From Glaucostegus cemiculus (taxonomy: Eukaryota), in assembly GCA_976551045.1 (NCBI GenBank), contig CDPCPM010000017.1, positions 682,001-746,000 on the forward strand: a stretch of 64,000 bases of DNA, read 5' to 3'. Positions 23,540-37,300 of this stretch are shown in pieces. The first letter of the stretch is position 1. Each line of letters opens with the position of its first letter. The notes beneath the pieces are model-generated. The model did not search any database and had not been told where the DNA came from. It saw only the letters and a program-made list of their open reading frames with translations. A program made the position numbers and the translations under genes.

Positions 23540-24875
23540 GATCCCTACCAGCAGCCAATGTTAAAGCTGCACCTCAAACCAAGCTATTTCAGTACAGTTA
23601 CAGCACTGGCATCTTCTGGACAATGTGAAAAATTGCCCAGGTATGTTCTGTTCATAAAAAAAGTAAGTCAAATGCAATCTGGCTAGTTACCACCAGTCTA
23701 TTCGCGATCATCAGCAAAGCATCCTCAAAAATGCGATTGAAATGTGCTTACCATAACCTATTCACCAACACTGAGTTTGTGTTTCATCATCTCCATACTT
23801 CATCTCAGTCTTGGTCTAAACATGGACCAAAGAGTTGAATTCTGGAGGTGAGGTGAGATTAGCTGCCGTTGACATCAAGGTAACATTTAACCTATTCTGG
23901 CATCAAGGAACCCCGGTAAAATTGAGGTCAATGGGCATCAAAGGAAAACATTCCAGATGTTGGAGTCTTACCTTGCACAAAGAAAATGGTTGTGGTTGTT
24001 GGAGTCAATTCTCCAGACACCAGGACATCACTGCAGGAGTTCCTCAGTTGAGTGTCCTGGGCCCAAGCATTTTCAACATGTTGGAAGTGGGGATGTTTGC
24101 TGATGATTGCATAATGTTCAATTCCATTCACAAGTCCTCAGCAAATAAAGCTGGCGATGCCTGCAAAGGCAAGACCTAGACAACACGTAAGCATAGTGAT
24201 AAGTGGCAAGTAAAATTTGCACCACAAAAGTATCAGGCAGTCACCATCTCCAACAGGGCAGAGACAGTCTAGCCACCTACCCTTGACATTTAATGGCATT
24301 ACCATCACAGTGTCCCTAACCTTGCCACATCATCAATATTTGGGGGGGTGGGTAAGGGGGTGACTATTTACCACCTGCCCCAGCCACATAAACATCATGG
24401 CTCCTGGAGTGAATAATTCATCTCCCAAAACCCCTAATGCCTTTCCACTATCTGCAAGGCACAAGTCCCAATGTATGTCGTGCCAACAACTTTGAAGTTC
24501 GACGTCATCCAAGATGAAGCAGGCCACGTTACTGGCACTCCATCATCCACCCAGAACATTGAACATGCACCACTGGTGTACAGTTGCAGCAGTGCATACC
24601 ACCTACAAAATATACCGCAGTTGCTCACATTGGCTACTTGGTCAGCACCTCCGAAACCTGGGACCCCGACCACCAAGGCCGACAAGAGCAGTAGATGCAT
24701 GTGAGTACCACCACAAGCAGGCTTCCTTCCAAGTCACTCACCATCCTGAATTGGAAATATATTGTAAGTTCTTCATCATCATTGGGTCAAAATCCTGGAA
24801 CTCCCTATAACCACCTTCTCGAAGGCAATTAGGAATGGGCAAGTGATACCCAGATCCTGAGAATGAATGAAAAGA
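23540..24875 (+). mobile_element. CR1/L2-group non-LTR retrotransposon, degenerate RT and 3' end
   Basis: ORF 23835-24179: EVRLAAVDIKVTFNLFWHQGTPVKLRSMGI...ITAGVPQLSVLGPSIF...VGMFADDC (RT motifs GVPQGSVLGP and FADD). Confidence 0.88.
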
Positions 24876-26724
24876 AAATCAAGACCAGTGCAGCAAAATG
24901 AATGCCAACATCAGTGGAATGGTGGAAATCAGCCGAGGATCCATCAAGTCAGCAGTAGTAGTGGAGGTCAATATCCTTGTCAGTAAAATGTTATAATCCA
25001 GAAGCTCTGGAGTAACCGCAAGGAACAAAAAATTAGATTTGCCAGCATGCAAACACCCTTACCACTTTGAGAGACAGACTTTGAACCAAGAACTAGCTTT
25101 AGCAAACAATAGTGTATTTTCTTTTCAAATATAACCTTTAAACTTGCATGTCAGCCCAGGAGCACAGTAATGTCTGTAATGAATTTCTTTGGTCATGAGG
25201 TGCTAAATCTAACAAAGTAAAATCTGGCTTTGCCAGTAGGGCACAGATGGCCAATAAATAAATAATTCTTTCTCTTTATCAATTTCTTGATCATCCTTGG
25301 CTGACTTAATACTGTCCCAGTTCTCAGGCTTACTACCTGGCAGCATTGTAAGCCTCTTTTTGACATAATATTACTGCTAACTTCCCAAGTTATCCATAGC
25401 AACGCCATCATTTCAATGGAGTTTTTATTCAGGAGAATGAGTAGGGAGAGTTAAGATCTTATCAATTGTTTGGAAATTGTAGGAAGTACCATGTGAATTG
25501 CCATTACTTTTCCTTTGTGGGCACCCTGAGGGGGAGAAGAAAAAGAGAAACGAACCCTTAAAGACAAACCAAGCCATGCTGTTTTATCTATAAACTGGGC
25601 AGTATTTCCTGTTGCTTTAACTCCACTTCAAATTAAGGCCAGATGACTGGAGCATTCAAGCAGATATTAACGGAGAACAGGACCAATGATCTTACCTACA
25701 AACAAGTTTAAGAGGCCTGAACTAGCTTGATTAAAAAACGGAACCCATTTAAGACTTTAGGTCTAGTTTGGAACCATAAAGAACTCTAACCATTGTTGTT
25801 GTTACCTTTATTTTGTGCCAGGCATAAACCCCATTGAAGTGAGCCCTTATCATTACAGGAAGGAATGTTTCCTAATGCTACTGGTCATTCTAATATCAAA
25901 TGCAATAGGAACATGATTTTTAATTCTTTTGTTACTTCTGACAACAATATTATCCATAAATGTAAAGTAACAGCTTCAAACAAGTTGCTGAACAAATGAG
26001 CTGAATTGCATGAATCACAAGCAATGAAATCACAAGCACATATGCTCAGGTTTAGGATTAAATTTGGTAGAAAGTGTGAAAAGATGGGTTCTTCCTTGTA
26101 TAAAAACTTAACTGAACATATCTGATTATTTTTACTCCTCTTCCTGAGAAGTTAATATTGTTTTGATTTGATGCTATAACTGTAAATTCATTATTTTTTT
26201 AATCATGTATAAAGATTTAATGGCTTTTAGATTGGAACATGAGAAAAGTTGTGTTTATTAATGATAACTTAAAATTAAAAGAGAGTCTGCTATTCAAATG
26301 TAGCATAAAAATGAATTCCTGTAATATATAGATATTAGGTGAATGAGCTGTGCAATATTGAAGAATTGCATAGACTTTAAAGTTAAATTATCCAATTTAA
26401 CAACTGAGCTAATATCCTTTCATCACCGTGACCCAGATAAAATCCAGCCCAGAGCAATGAAATGAAAATTTGTTCCATCTGCTGACTTTCTATATTAAGA
26501 GACTGAAAGTCTCTACCCCTTGGCAATGCCAATATAAAGTATCTTTGGTAAGTATTGTTAGACCCTCTAATTTATAAACACAGGTAAAGATTTGTATTTA
26601 CTGCATAACACTACTCATGTTCCAACATTATTTCAGTTTTGTTGAGTGCCAAATGATTTTAGAGTGATTTAGAGTGAACACATCAATTTAAAGCACTGAT
26701 CTCTACTCTTTAATAACTGCAATA

Positions 26725-27110
26725 TAGGAATCTTCCACACAACTCAATGCCCCTCAACTTTCACTCCGGCACATTTTGGCTATGATGAGGACCATGTACA
26801 TTGTGGTTACTTACCTGGGCTACTCCAACAGCACTTCCCAAATCTACGACATATACCACATGGACAAAGGTAGCAAGGACATGAGGACACTACTTTCTGC
26901 ATGTTCCCCTCCAATCATTCTGAATTCGAAATACATTGCTGTTCCTTTATCGGTGCTCATTCAAAACCCTGGAACTCCCTAACAGTTTTGTGGGAGCACC
27001 TTCACTCGGAGGACAGGCAGCTCATCGCCAACTTCTCATATGCAATTAGTGATGGATAATAAGAGCTGGCTAATCCAGTGTTACTCATATCCTGGAAAAT
27101 AAATAAATTT
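26725..27110 (+). mobile_element. 3' fragment of the same LINE family as 23540-24875
   Basis: Shares cagcacttcccaaatct..., aaaaccctggaactccct and gcaattag...aataaa with 24640-24870. Confidence 0.7.
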
Positions 27111-30100
27111 TAAAATCTCATTTGAAGTGTGCACTAATTGCCAACATCTTAAATTCATACAGATCTCCTACCTTTGCCCCTGTAATTCTTTATCCTCAGA
27201 ACTTCAGTCTACAACTCTCTTCAGCTTTACTTCTCAGACTTCGGTGTTGATTCATTCCTATTCTGCATAAATCCCCTGTCTATACCCACACCCTCTCCTG
27301 TGGCCTCTCTGTGCCTGAGGTCTCAAATCTGACTAGCACATCTTACCCACGTAGCTACACCTTCCCAATTCCCCTCTAACCTCACTATTCCTTCATGGAA
27401 TGAAAACTGCTAGCTCAGGCACAAAGTCCTAACTTCCTTACTTTTGGCCCTTCAACTAACAGCTGCTGTCAGTCTTCAGAACAGTCCCAGCAGTACATTT
27501 GATGCCATCATCAATGACAACCGAATAATTGGATCATGATGTTATTTTATGCCTACATTCACATCTTCAACCCAGAGGTAACCAAATGTGTGCTATCAGC
27601 TACAATTAATTTTTCCATTAATTGCCCTGTTTGGCATGTACTGCCACGTTTATTTTTCCTTACCCCTATTTTCTAGGCCACGATCTCCCTGAAGAGGAAA
27701 AAGTTCCTGTAGTTTCTCTTCAACGGCAACATACTTCTTCTGTAAACCCACTCACCAGCCTGTTCCACTCTTAATTTGAATATTAAGAATATCTGTCCAG
27801 TTAGCTCTGCTGTTGCCTTTGTCCATCTAACCCAACTGCCCTCATAAGAGCACAACCACTCAATTCTGAACCAAAATTGTTTTACAGTTAATTCCCCCCT
27901 CCCCCACTGTTTTTATCATCCTATCTTCTGTGATCTATCATCTATCTTCATGCCATAGAGCATATTCAAGACAGAGATCGACATATCTTTCAGTATTAAG
28001 GGAATCAAGGGATCTGGGATCAGTGCAGGAAAATGGGGCCAATAAAAGATGAGCTGATTTTAATAAATGGCATAATAGGTGTGAGGTGCTAAATCTCCCA
28101 GTCCCGCTTCTATTTCCTATGTTCTTATTCCACCCCTTAACTCTTCCCATGCCGCCTTGTAGTAGGAAGTGTGCAAAGAAATGGGATTGGACAAAATTTT
28201 GTAGGTAGGATGGTGACAATGTATTGGTGAGTTCAACAGGAAACATAATTTTAAAGTTAACTTTCAGTGACAGGGGACACCAGTGGTACATGACAAGGAT
28301 AAAGTTGATGGCAGTGGGAAAATAGACAATAACGATTAATGTGATGTCCTCTGGGATTGGTAGGCATGATGAAATTGTTTACAAGAATGTGTACAGATAT
28401 TAGTGGGACTACAAAAAGCATGGGTTTTAACAAGGTGTACACAACTAGATTTCCTCAGTATGTACACCTCGACTTAATTATAAAAGGTTTGCCCAGAATA
28501 ATTTTAGACCAACTAGTTCCCAAAGAGTTTTCTTTCATGCATTTGCTTACTTAAATCTCTTGTATCCAATTTCCATCCTTATTTGGACTGTCGTAAACTA
28601 AAATCGACTTCTCTGACATCCAGTTAGTTAAAGTTCACTAAACAAATGACGAATTAACTGGACCCTTGGTTTTGATACTGGTTTGGACAATGATGCCCAG
28701 ACACACCTTGCTACCAAAACCAGTGGTTTGACAGATTGAATAATCTCTTGCATTAAAAAAAATTTGTTCATGTCTTTGTTCTCCATCTTTTGACCAAAAA
28801 TGGAAGCATGGCGATAAAAACTCTGGACAAAATGGATCTGTAATCAATGCATTTTCCTGCCTCAAATGAATTTTCCCAGGGCTTTATATTTGTCTAGAAT
28901 CTGTGCATCCACTTGATGGTGGGCAGCCTGACCAAAAGTCTGATCTAAGAGGTGGTTTCTAAAGAGGAAGGAGCTGCAGAATTGTAGGGAAGGAATTATA
29001 GTTTGGGATACAAGGCAGATAGCATGATTCCGATAGTTCACTGAAGATAAAGATCAGAGTCAGAGGGAATGTATAATTCAGATGGAGTAGATTAGAGCTT
29101 GAGAGCAATGAGATCTTGGGAAGAATTTATGCACAAAGACAGAATTTGACTTTGACTTGAGAGGTTCAACCAGCTTTAAAGAGACAATTAAAAAAATACT
29201 GTAAGCGTTGGAAACCTGAAATGAAATCAGAAAATGCTGGAAACACTCAGCAGGTCAGGCAGTGTCTGTGCAAAGAGAAACTGAATCAACGTTCCAGGTC
29301 AAAGGGTCTTTGTTAAAAAGATATTTAATCACCTTGTGCAAATATAATGCAGTGAAGGAAGCCTGTGGACAGTGAACTGGTTTGATCTTCCAGGTGAATG
29401 TATGGGAATTCCTTTGCTGCCACCACACATCAAGTGTTCATTCACAAACTGATGAGAAGAAATTGTTTACAGAGATAGCAGGTTGAACTTTAAAGGTGAC
29501 ATCACCCATCGATAATCATTCCAACATGATAGACAAATGCATTCACTTTTGATACATTAAGAGTGTGATGTTGGCACAAATGACATTTACTTTGCCCATT
29601 CCCAGATGTGCAATTTGTGATTATCAATAGATTAAAATATGTATGAAGAATTCTTCTTTCCTATTTTGCAGATGGCTCACTTTTCTCCCCCAATGGAATT
29701 GGAGACATCAACACTTTTGAACAGTCAGCATAACATTTCTAAGGCATATCCTTTTAATTTTCCATTCTTCCCCATTCTAATCATGGTAAACACCATCCAA
29801 TATACTGTTGCCGTCAACCTTGATAAAAAATCTGAGCAATACCTTGCCTTTTAATTTGGCACTTTCAATCTTCCAGGCTCAACATTTCGTCCAGGAATGA
29901 GAGACTGTTATTTTCTTTGAACAACAGCCATTGCCAATGATGTTATCAATTCCTCACACATTTCTTCCAGACCCATCTATTACCAACTCTCTGTAGAGGA
30001 ATTCCTGTTGGTTGTTCCTGTGATCTTCTGATCACATGATGCCCAAATACGTGACTTCTGAGAGCTGCATTTATATTAAGATTGGGTCCAGTGCAGCCTA

Positions 30101-30815
30101 ACATTTCTGCTTGTGCTGCCTTTCCTACCAGCATGCCACTCATGACTAATCAAAGTGGAGAATATTTGCAGGAAAGAGAGGAGGAAGGCTCATGAGGAGA
30201 GAAAATACATGCAGGTGAGGGTAGAAAGATGACTAAGTGCAGATGTAGGAGAGAGATACATAATTGCGGGAAGGGGGTGACAGACAAAGATGGGAGAGTG
30301 AAATAGAGAATGGGGAGAAGGAAATGAAGAGGTGGGTGGACTGTGATGGAAGAAAATAGGATTGTGTAAATGAGTTTAGTCGAGCAACTAATAATCAAAA
30401 ATTCCCTTCATTCTGTGTGTTGCTGTAGGCAAGATCATCAGTGAAAAGCAACTAAGGCTAAACAGGAGACTATCAAGACAGACAAATATTAAGCAATTTT
30501 ACTTCATTATTTTTGGAAATCAGGGAGACACTGAAAAGATTAAATAGATTTATCATTGGGGAGATTGTACATGGGCTTTAATAAGAGTTGCCCTTTCTAA
30601 TTTATCTGTTGTGAAGATTTAGCACCATTATCACGCTAACTAATCCTATTTATGCTTTACTTTTCCAGTACCTGCATTTAAAATTAAGAGCATTTTTTCA
30701 GGCTAAATCTATGTGATCAAAGGGACAAAGTGATCAAAGAAAGAGAGAACATTCTTTCTGTGGGAAGACATATGTTGATCAGAGGACCCAGATTCACAAG
30801 GCAAAGGCATTGACG

Positions 30816-30850
30816 GAGAGAGAGCAAGAGAGAGAGAGAGAGAGAGCAAG
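30816..30850. repeat. (GA)n microsatellite, interrupted
   Basis: gagagagagcaagagagagagagagagagagcaag. Confidence 0.9.
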
Positions 30851-31339
30851 TGCACGAGAAAGACAACTCATTACATTAAAGCCAGATTCAGCATCATAAT
30901 TAAAAGGTTGGTATAGTCCCTTGTGGTGGAGCCTTGTGATTTACTGCTAATTTTATACTACACACAGGATTGTTAAGATTTGTTGCCTGCCAAGTATTCC
31001 TATCATAGTCTTAACTAATAAGAACCCTGATTGGTTCTTTTTAAATGTTCTGTCAGAAGCAGAAGTACCGATTAAATGGTCCATTGCAACATAGTACTCA
31101 GGTTCACATGCATTTACTTATCAGGATGTCCAGCTCAATCTTTTGCTACCGTGCTACAGTAGAGATATTTAGTAATTACCCCAGGGTTAATACAGTGCTC
31201 TATTCATACTGCCTTGAATCGTACACTATTAATATTTTTGTAACTTTACTGAAAAAATCAGTATTCATGAATAATGAAAAATTAAGTTTGATACCTTAAC
31301 AGGTATTAAGTTTGATACCTCCACTTGATATATAACAGC

Positions 31340-31388
31340 ATTAAACACATTTTAAAATACCACCACCAAAATAGCATTACCATTTATT
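31340..31388 (-). terminator. Candidate polyadenylation signal of PLEKHA5
   Basis: Minus-strand AATAAA (31388-31383) with a downstream ttttggtggtggtatttt...tgtgttt element. Confidence 0.5.
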
Positions 31389-32570
31389 ATAACATGATAT
31401 AAAACAGGATGTGATATGGACAAGGCATATTAACACTTGTAATTAGCATTTTATAATTATAGACTCTGCTCATTGTACGCTATGTACACAATGAACATAA
31501 TTACAATTTTTACATACAATGGGGTACTGAATATTAAGCCCTCTACATATTGCTTTGCATTTGAGCTATACTGGCATAGTGGAGTTGCAGCAAATCCTCC
31601 ACAAAGCTTTATGAAAAGTTCACAAAAGATAAAAGATCATAGGGAAACTGGAAAAAAAAAACAGTGGAACAGTTTTCATTATGCCGAGAGCAGTTTGGCA
31701 GTAACTGCATTCATTACAACATTAAGTATAAATAGTTACAGCAGATGGCATTACCAAATAACAGCATTATTCTGCACCAGTACAATGGCACTGCAATCAT
31801 TGAAAGTAGTAACAAAACAAATATGAATCCACTTCCTATTTTATACCTTAAACTTTAGTGATTTTTATAAAAGATATGACAACAGTTACAAGTAAACTTA
31901 AGGTCAGGCATTAAATTAAACATACTACACAATTTAAAATGCAAACAAAATTCTAACATATGAACCAAATTAAGATCCTAATCACCATTAATGCTAATGT
32001 ACCATGATCTCTACATATGGTCAATTTAAAAAGAGTAAGTTACAAAACTGCCATGAACCAATACATGCTCCTGAAGTAAGCAAAATATCGGTATTGTATC
32101 CAACAAAATGGTATTTCCTATAAGGAGTGTTTAATAGTGAGTCAAGTGTCGCTGCCTGCACTTGCTTGAATTCTTGTGCTCTGGTGCACTTGATTTCACC
32201 ATACAGGTGCTGACTTTTGACCACAGTCCCATAGCACTTCTGAATGCAGTCAAAGTCCTTCAAACTTGTGTTGTATGGGTTATAATTTTCCTGTGTCGAT
32301 GGCCTGAGCTGCATTATCAAAAAGAAAGTCCTTTAAAACTTATTCAATGAAACGTATTGTTCAATATAAACCAAAATTCATCATAAAGATACACAATTAT
32401 CTTTTTAACTCAACACAAAATGAAAATCATATTAATAAGCCCAAAGTGCCACAATTAAAATCCCAGTAATGTTGTCCAAAACATCATTTTTCTTCGAAAT
32501 TGCTTTTATTTCTTTTCTAAAATTTTCACTTTTATTTTGTAACAGCAGAATCCAAAGCAAAAAAATATCC
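31365..32570 (-). other. PLEKHA5: Probable non-coding terminal exon (3' UTR) of PLEKHA5
   Basis: Donor AA|GTAAGC 12 nt after the stop (34264/34263). Candidate acceptor aacttcag at 32571. No recognisable repeats; AU-rich with several TGTA motifs; AATAAA at 31388-31383 followed by a GT-rich tract. Boundaries are inferred. Confidence 0.55.
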
Positions 32571-33707
32571 CTGAAGTTATTAAAGACATGACAACTAAAG
32601 TTTGATTTCATAGCTGTACTTTATGAGAAATTTCTCTTTCTTTCAAGTGCCAAGACTAAGGTGCAATAATTACTAGATATTGAATAGCCTTCTAATCACT
32701 CCATTCGATCTCATCCACTAGTATTTTCTTTAATATCCTGACTTTTCCCTCCGTGACTCTCCTCACCAAAATCCTCAGTTTCATCACATGGCCCACACCT
32801 CAGTAAATTTCAGACTCAGCATCATGGGGAGCTCGTTTCCTGTCAACCTCGACTCTCTATCCCCTTTCTTCCCATCACAAAATGTAACCTTTGAGCATCT
32901 TGAAATTTCTCACTCCACCTGCATCCCTCTATGTCAACTCCTTTTCCCCTTTTAATGCTTTGATTTGGAATTTTTAATTTGATATTGGCAGTCTCATTTT
33001 ATCTAATCCATTCCTCACCCTGAACTTGAAGTGGCATGTTCTCTTAGGTGAAACACTAATATTGTCATTAAACATACTGACAAGAACAATATTGTTGCTG
33101 TTTGATGAACAGACCTTTGCTTGTCAGAGGCTAAATCCTATGATAAAACATCTTCTCCAAGACCACTATATTATCACAGAACATCAATGCTATTGTTTCC
33201 CTGACCATCACTGCTCCCAACTGTAGATCTTAATCTAATAGCTTTCAACATCCCAAACCTATTTCTACTTTAACCTCAAGATCTGCCCTGGTGAATAAAG
33301 TGTTTCAACTTATTCATACCTCTAAAGAAACTTTTTCTTTTCATCTTGACTTTTTTCTATCCTTGTACAAGCTTCTAACTCACACACAGGATACCTCTCA
33401 TCACGGACAGTTCTTAGTTTTCTGGCTGTCTCTTTATTAAGAATGTATAAGCCCCTCCAAATTCTGTCCCCAAAAAGGAGTAAAAAAAAGTCTGGAGCTC
33501 CTCTGCTTCTTCCTTATCTTTCAGGGACCAGATTTGATGCACATTGTTACTGTTTGTTTACAGAATCAATACCAAGAAAAACTTATTAACTAACTTTTCT
33601 AGCTCTAAAATTTTCTATGCCACTATTAAGAAATGATTATGGTTGAGGTAAATAGACCAAGCTATTACTGGCAATTTGAAATGACGAATCTGGCCTTCAC
33701 TACCATT

Positions 33708-34005
33708 ATAAGATAAGATCTTTATTAGTCACATGTACATCGAAACACACAGTGGACATCTTCTGTGTAGTGATTTTTGGGGGGGCAGCCCGCAAGTGTC
33801 ACCACGCTTCTGGCGCCAACATAGCATGCCCACAACTTCTTAACCTGTACATCTTTGGAAAGTGGGAGGAAACCGGAGCACCCAGAGGAAACCCGCACAG
33901 ACACGGGGAGAACGTACAACCTCCTTACAGACAGTGGCTGGATTTGAACCTGGGTCGCTGGCGCTGTAAAGCATTGTGCTAACCACTATGCTACCGTGCC
34001 GTCCC
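33708..34005 (-). mobile_element. tRNA-derived V-SINE, full length with target-site duplication
   Basis: Same family as 19491-19762. Flanking 8-bp direct repeat taccatta at 33701-33708 and 34008-34015. Confidence 0.92.
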
Positions 34006-34275
34006 TTTACCATTACTGTGCCTGTTGGACTAAAACTAAAGTCAAATGGTCCTGATAAAGCAGAGCTTATCAGTTTTCTAGACCTGGAGCAAACACCTGG
34101 AGGAAGTAGAAGCATAAAAATCAAATGACTTGATGAGAATTTGCACCAAGATTGCAACAGGACAACACTAGCAGTATCTTGCAATTAAAACAAACTATTG
34201 CACATACACTGCTTATGTGATGAAAACAAGTAGATAAAAGAAATACAAATAAATTAAGCTTACTTTTTCTAAACC

Positions 34276-34367
34276 TCATACACACATGAAATGAGATCCT
34301 TCAGTGAGCTGTGGGTGTGATGGAGATGGAGATTTTGGGGACTGAGGTGGAGAAGACAAATTATTTT
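34276..34367 (-). CDS. PLEKHA5: PLEKHA5 last coding exon (includes stop codon)
   Basis: ttcttttcag|(E)NNLSSPPQSPKSPSPSHPQLTEGSHFMCV*; TGA at 34278-34276. The C-terminus PQLTEGSHFMCV is identical to recalled human PLEKHA5. Confidence 0.96.
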
Positions 34368-37300
34368 CTGAAAAGAACAGGGAATGTGAAATATAAGCAA
34401 AAATGTTAAAAAAAAACAGCCACTTAAGACTATAATCAGAAAGCACAAGAAACAGTTTTCCAACTTAATATACTTTTGTTATATACAATGTAACCTGAAT
34501 GTCAGAAAAATCCCCAATGATTAGTACATTGTCGTGAACAAGCCACATTTAGTAACAAGGCTTGTAGATGTAACATTTAACGATCACACACCATGCCCAT
34601 TTTAATACATGAAGCAAAGCTATGACTAAATTAGTTAAAATATCTAAATTGTATCTCAATCCCTTTACTGCATGTGTACAAAAACAGAAGCAATGCTCAC
34701 AAAAGACAGCTAGTATAACGAAATCTCAGTCAACAATTAAAAGAACTACATCTTAGAAAGATGGAGAAATTTGTGCAATGGAAAGTTTAGAGAAAATGAC
34801 TTTCTAAACTGCAGTGTCAATGTCATTATTTGATACATGTTCTGAATCACAATCAGAATTGGCCATATTAGCTATGTTCTTGTCTTTCTTGAAGGTGGTG
34901 GCAGATGTGGAAGAAAAAAATTGCACGCTTATGTACAAAGTTAAAAATGGAAAATAGTCCATATAACATCACAAGGTGCTGCTCCACCTACATTAACTTT
35001 CTAAGGATTCAAGCAACATTTGAGTTAAATTATTAACATTGAGACATAAGAAAATTACATAATGTAATAACTATTTTGCATACCCAGATTTTAAGATATA
35101 TTTAGCATCTTGTGTCAAATCCTTCACCAATAAACGATTGCAGGTCAAACACAGAGCAGAACTAGCCAAACACAGAAAGCACTGCCAGTAAAAGACCATC
35201 AGCCCTCAATAACTCAGCCATCCAAAATGGGACTTCCCATACATCTCAAATGTTGTCACCTCTGCCTACAATTCCCGTGACATTTCCACTTCTCATATCA
35301 TCAACTCTCTGGCCTCTTGTTGGCAGCTTAGCACTAATTAATGGTGCTGGAACTTCAGCAACACTTCAAAAAATTCTGTGACCACATCTTTTTGGTTCAA
35401 ATTGTTCTGTTACAGACAGTTCCTTCTGAGTTTTGTTGTAACAAGATCTGGATATAAGCCTGATAGGAGGAGAATATTAATTGAGGAGGAAAAAACAAAA
35501 AATATTTGCTTACACCTGTTAGGGACATTAATTCACACACGAGTGAAGTATTACCTGGAGTCCATACTGAGAGCACAAGAATGAACCCTTCCCTACATTT
35601 CATGCCAATTTATTTTAATAGAAACAAAACCAAGAAGGAGGAAAGTTCCCAAATTTCTGAACTGCATTCCGTCAACACAAATTCTGCGTGTTTGCGATGA
35701 ATTTTTAAAACTGCCAATAGAAACATTTTCAAAAGATCATATCGTTTGAAAGAAAATCAAATGAAGCTTGAATCCAGCATTTTTCAAGCTCTGATGAACG
35801 CTGAAGAGATGGCAGGACCTGGAAAATTGAAATCGCCCTGCTTTTGTTTGTGCAATTACCAAATCCAGAATGATTCAAAAATGGATTTCAAATTCAGAGA
35901 CAACTGGAAGGTGTTGTGCTTTGCTGTCTTTAATATCATTCTGATATAATTCTTTCAGTATCATTCCAGATGGAACAAGTATTCACAAATGATTAAAATC
36001 TGAAAAGAGTCTATTAAATAGAGATCAAAGAAAGAACTTACATTTAATGAGCATCTTTCTGAATTTCAGTTGTCCCTATTATATTAGAAATATTAAATAA
36101 TGCTGTAATGCAGACAAATGTAACTGCTGGTTAACTACAGCAAAGCCCCACATGGTTAAAATTCTCATTTTTTTCTGCTTCGTGAATTGGAGAAAGCATG
36201 TATTGTGTTTATTTATAAAACCAGATATTCAGGCAATGCATGTGCAGTAAAGACTGACAACCAGATAATGTTTGCTTACTATCCAACAAATCCCTTTTGA
36301 TCTTTTATTTGTGAATGAATAGTTGTAAAATTGTAATCATAAGCCATTATGGGAAACTTGGCTACATAAGTTAAACATTAAATAATTGTAGCTAATATGT
36401 AAACCATGCATCTGCTGGTGTTACTATGATTATAATCTTTGGTCTTGTAATTAACCAAGATACTGCAGAGCTGAGACAATGCATAAGTACCTCTTTGTTA
36501 AAGTGGCCTTTCAATGCAATCAGTGTTATGAACATTATTTTGTCAGAATCAATTGTTCACAAGATCAGAAAGAAAGGGGTGGGAATGGGTGTGACTATAG
36601 CATTGATAGAGCAGAAACAACTGAGGTGTACACACAGTTGTGAGTGGTCACACAAACTTTTCATAAGGATTGCAGATTGGTAATTGAGGGGGCTTTAAAG
36701 TGAGCAGAATTGGAACATCCTCAGATACATATGAGGAGACAGACCACAGTCAAGAGAATGTAGCAAAGAATGGATGGAAGCAGTGTCCCAAAGGAACTTG
36801 GAAACATAGAAAATGGTGCTGAGTGTCACTGATAACCAGGTGCCATTGATCAGTATTTCCATTTTTACTTTATGGGAACTTAATAAACCTCAGCTTAATA
36901 GGAATCCTGAGTCTGTACCTACAAGGTCTAAGTGGACACTTCCACCACTTTCCTATTTAATTGCTGGCAGTTGCCTTCAGAAAATCCAAAGTCTTTCTCT
37001 ACCTCATCCCTTTCTCTTCTACTCCTACCCTCACTGTCATCCTGCCCCCTGCCATCCCTGTTTTATTACTGGTCCTGTGAGTCTTCTATCATTCGAAGAA
37101 TGCACCTGGGGTACACGGCAATTCAACTCATTTCAGCTGAGCTATGAACATAAACACGTTTTGCTCAGGGCTCAAGATGGCAATCAATCTAGGTTAAGAC
37201 TAAAACAGCAGCAAAAATAGGTTAATATTTTAAATTATTTAAACATATTTTGAAGTGGTTTTAGTTGACTTCAAAAGACATTCTTAATACTTAAATACTT

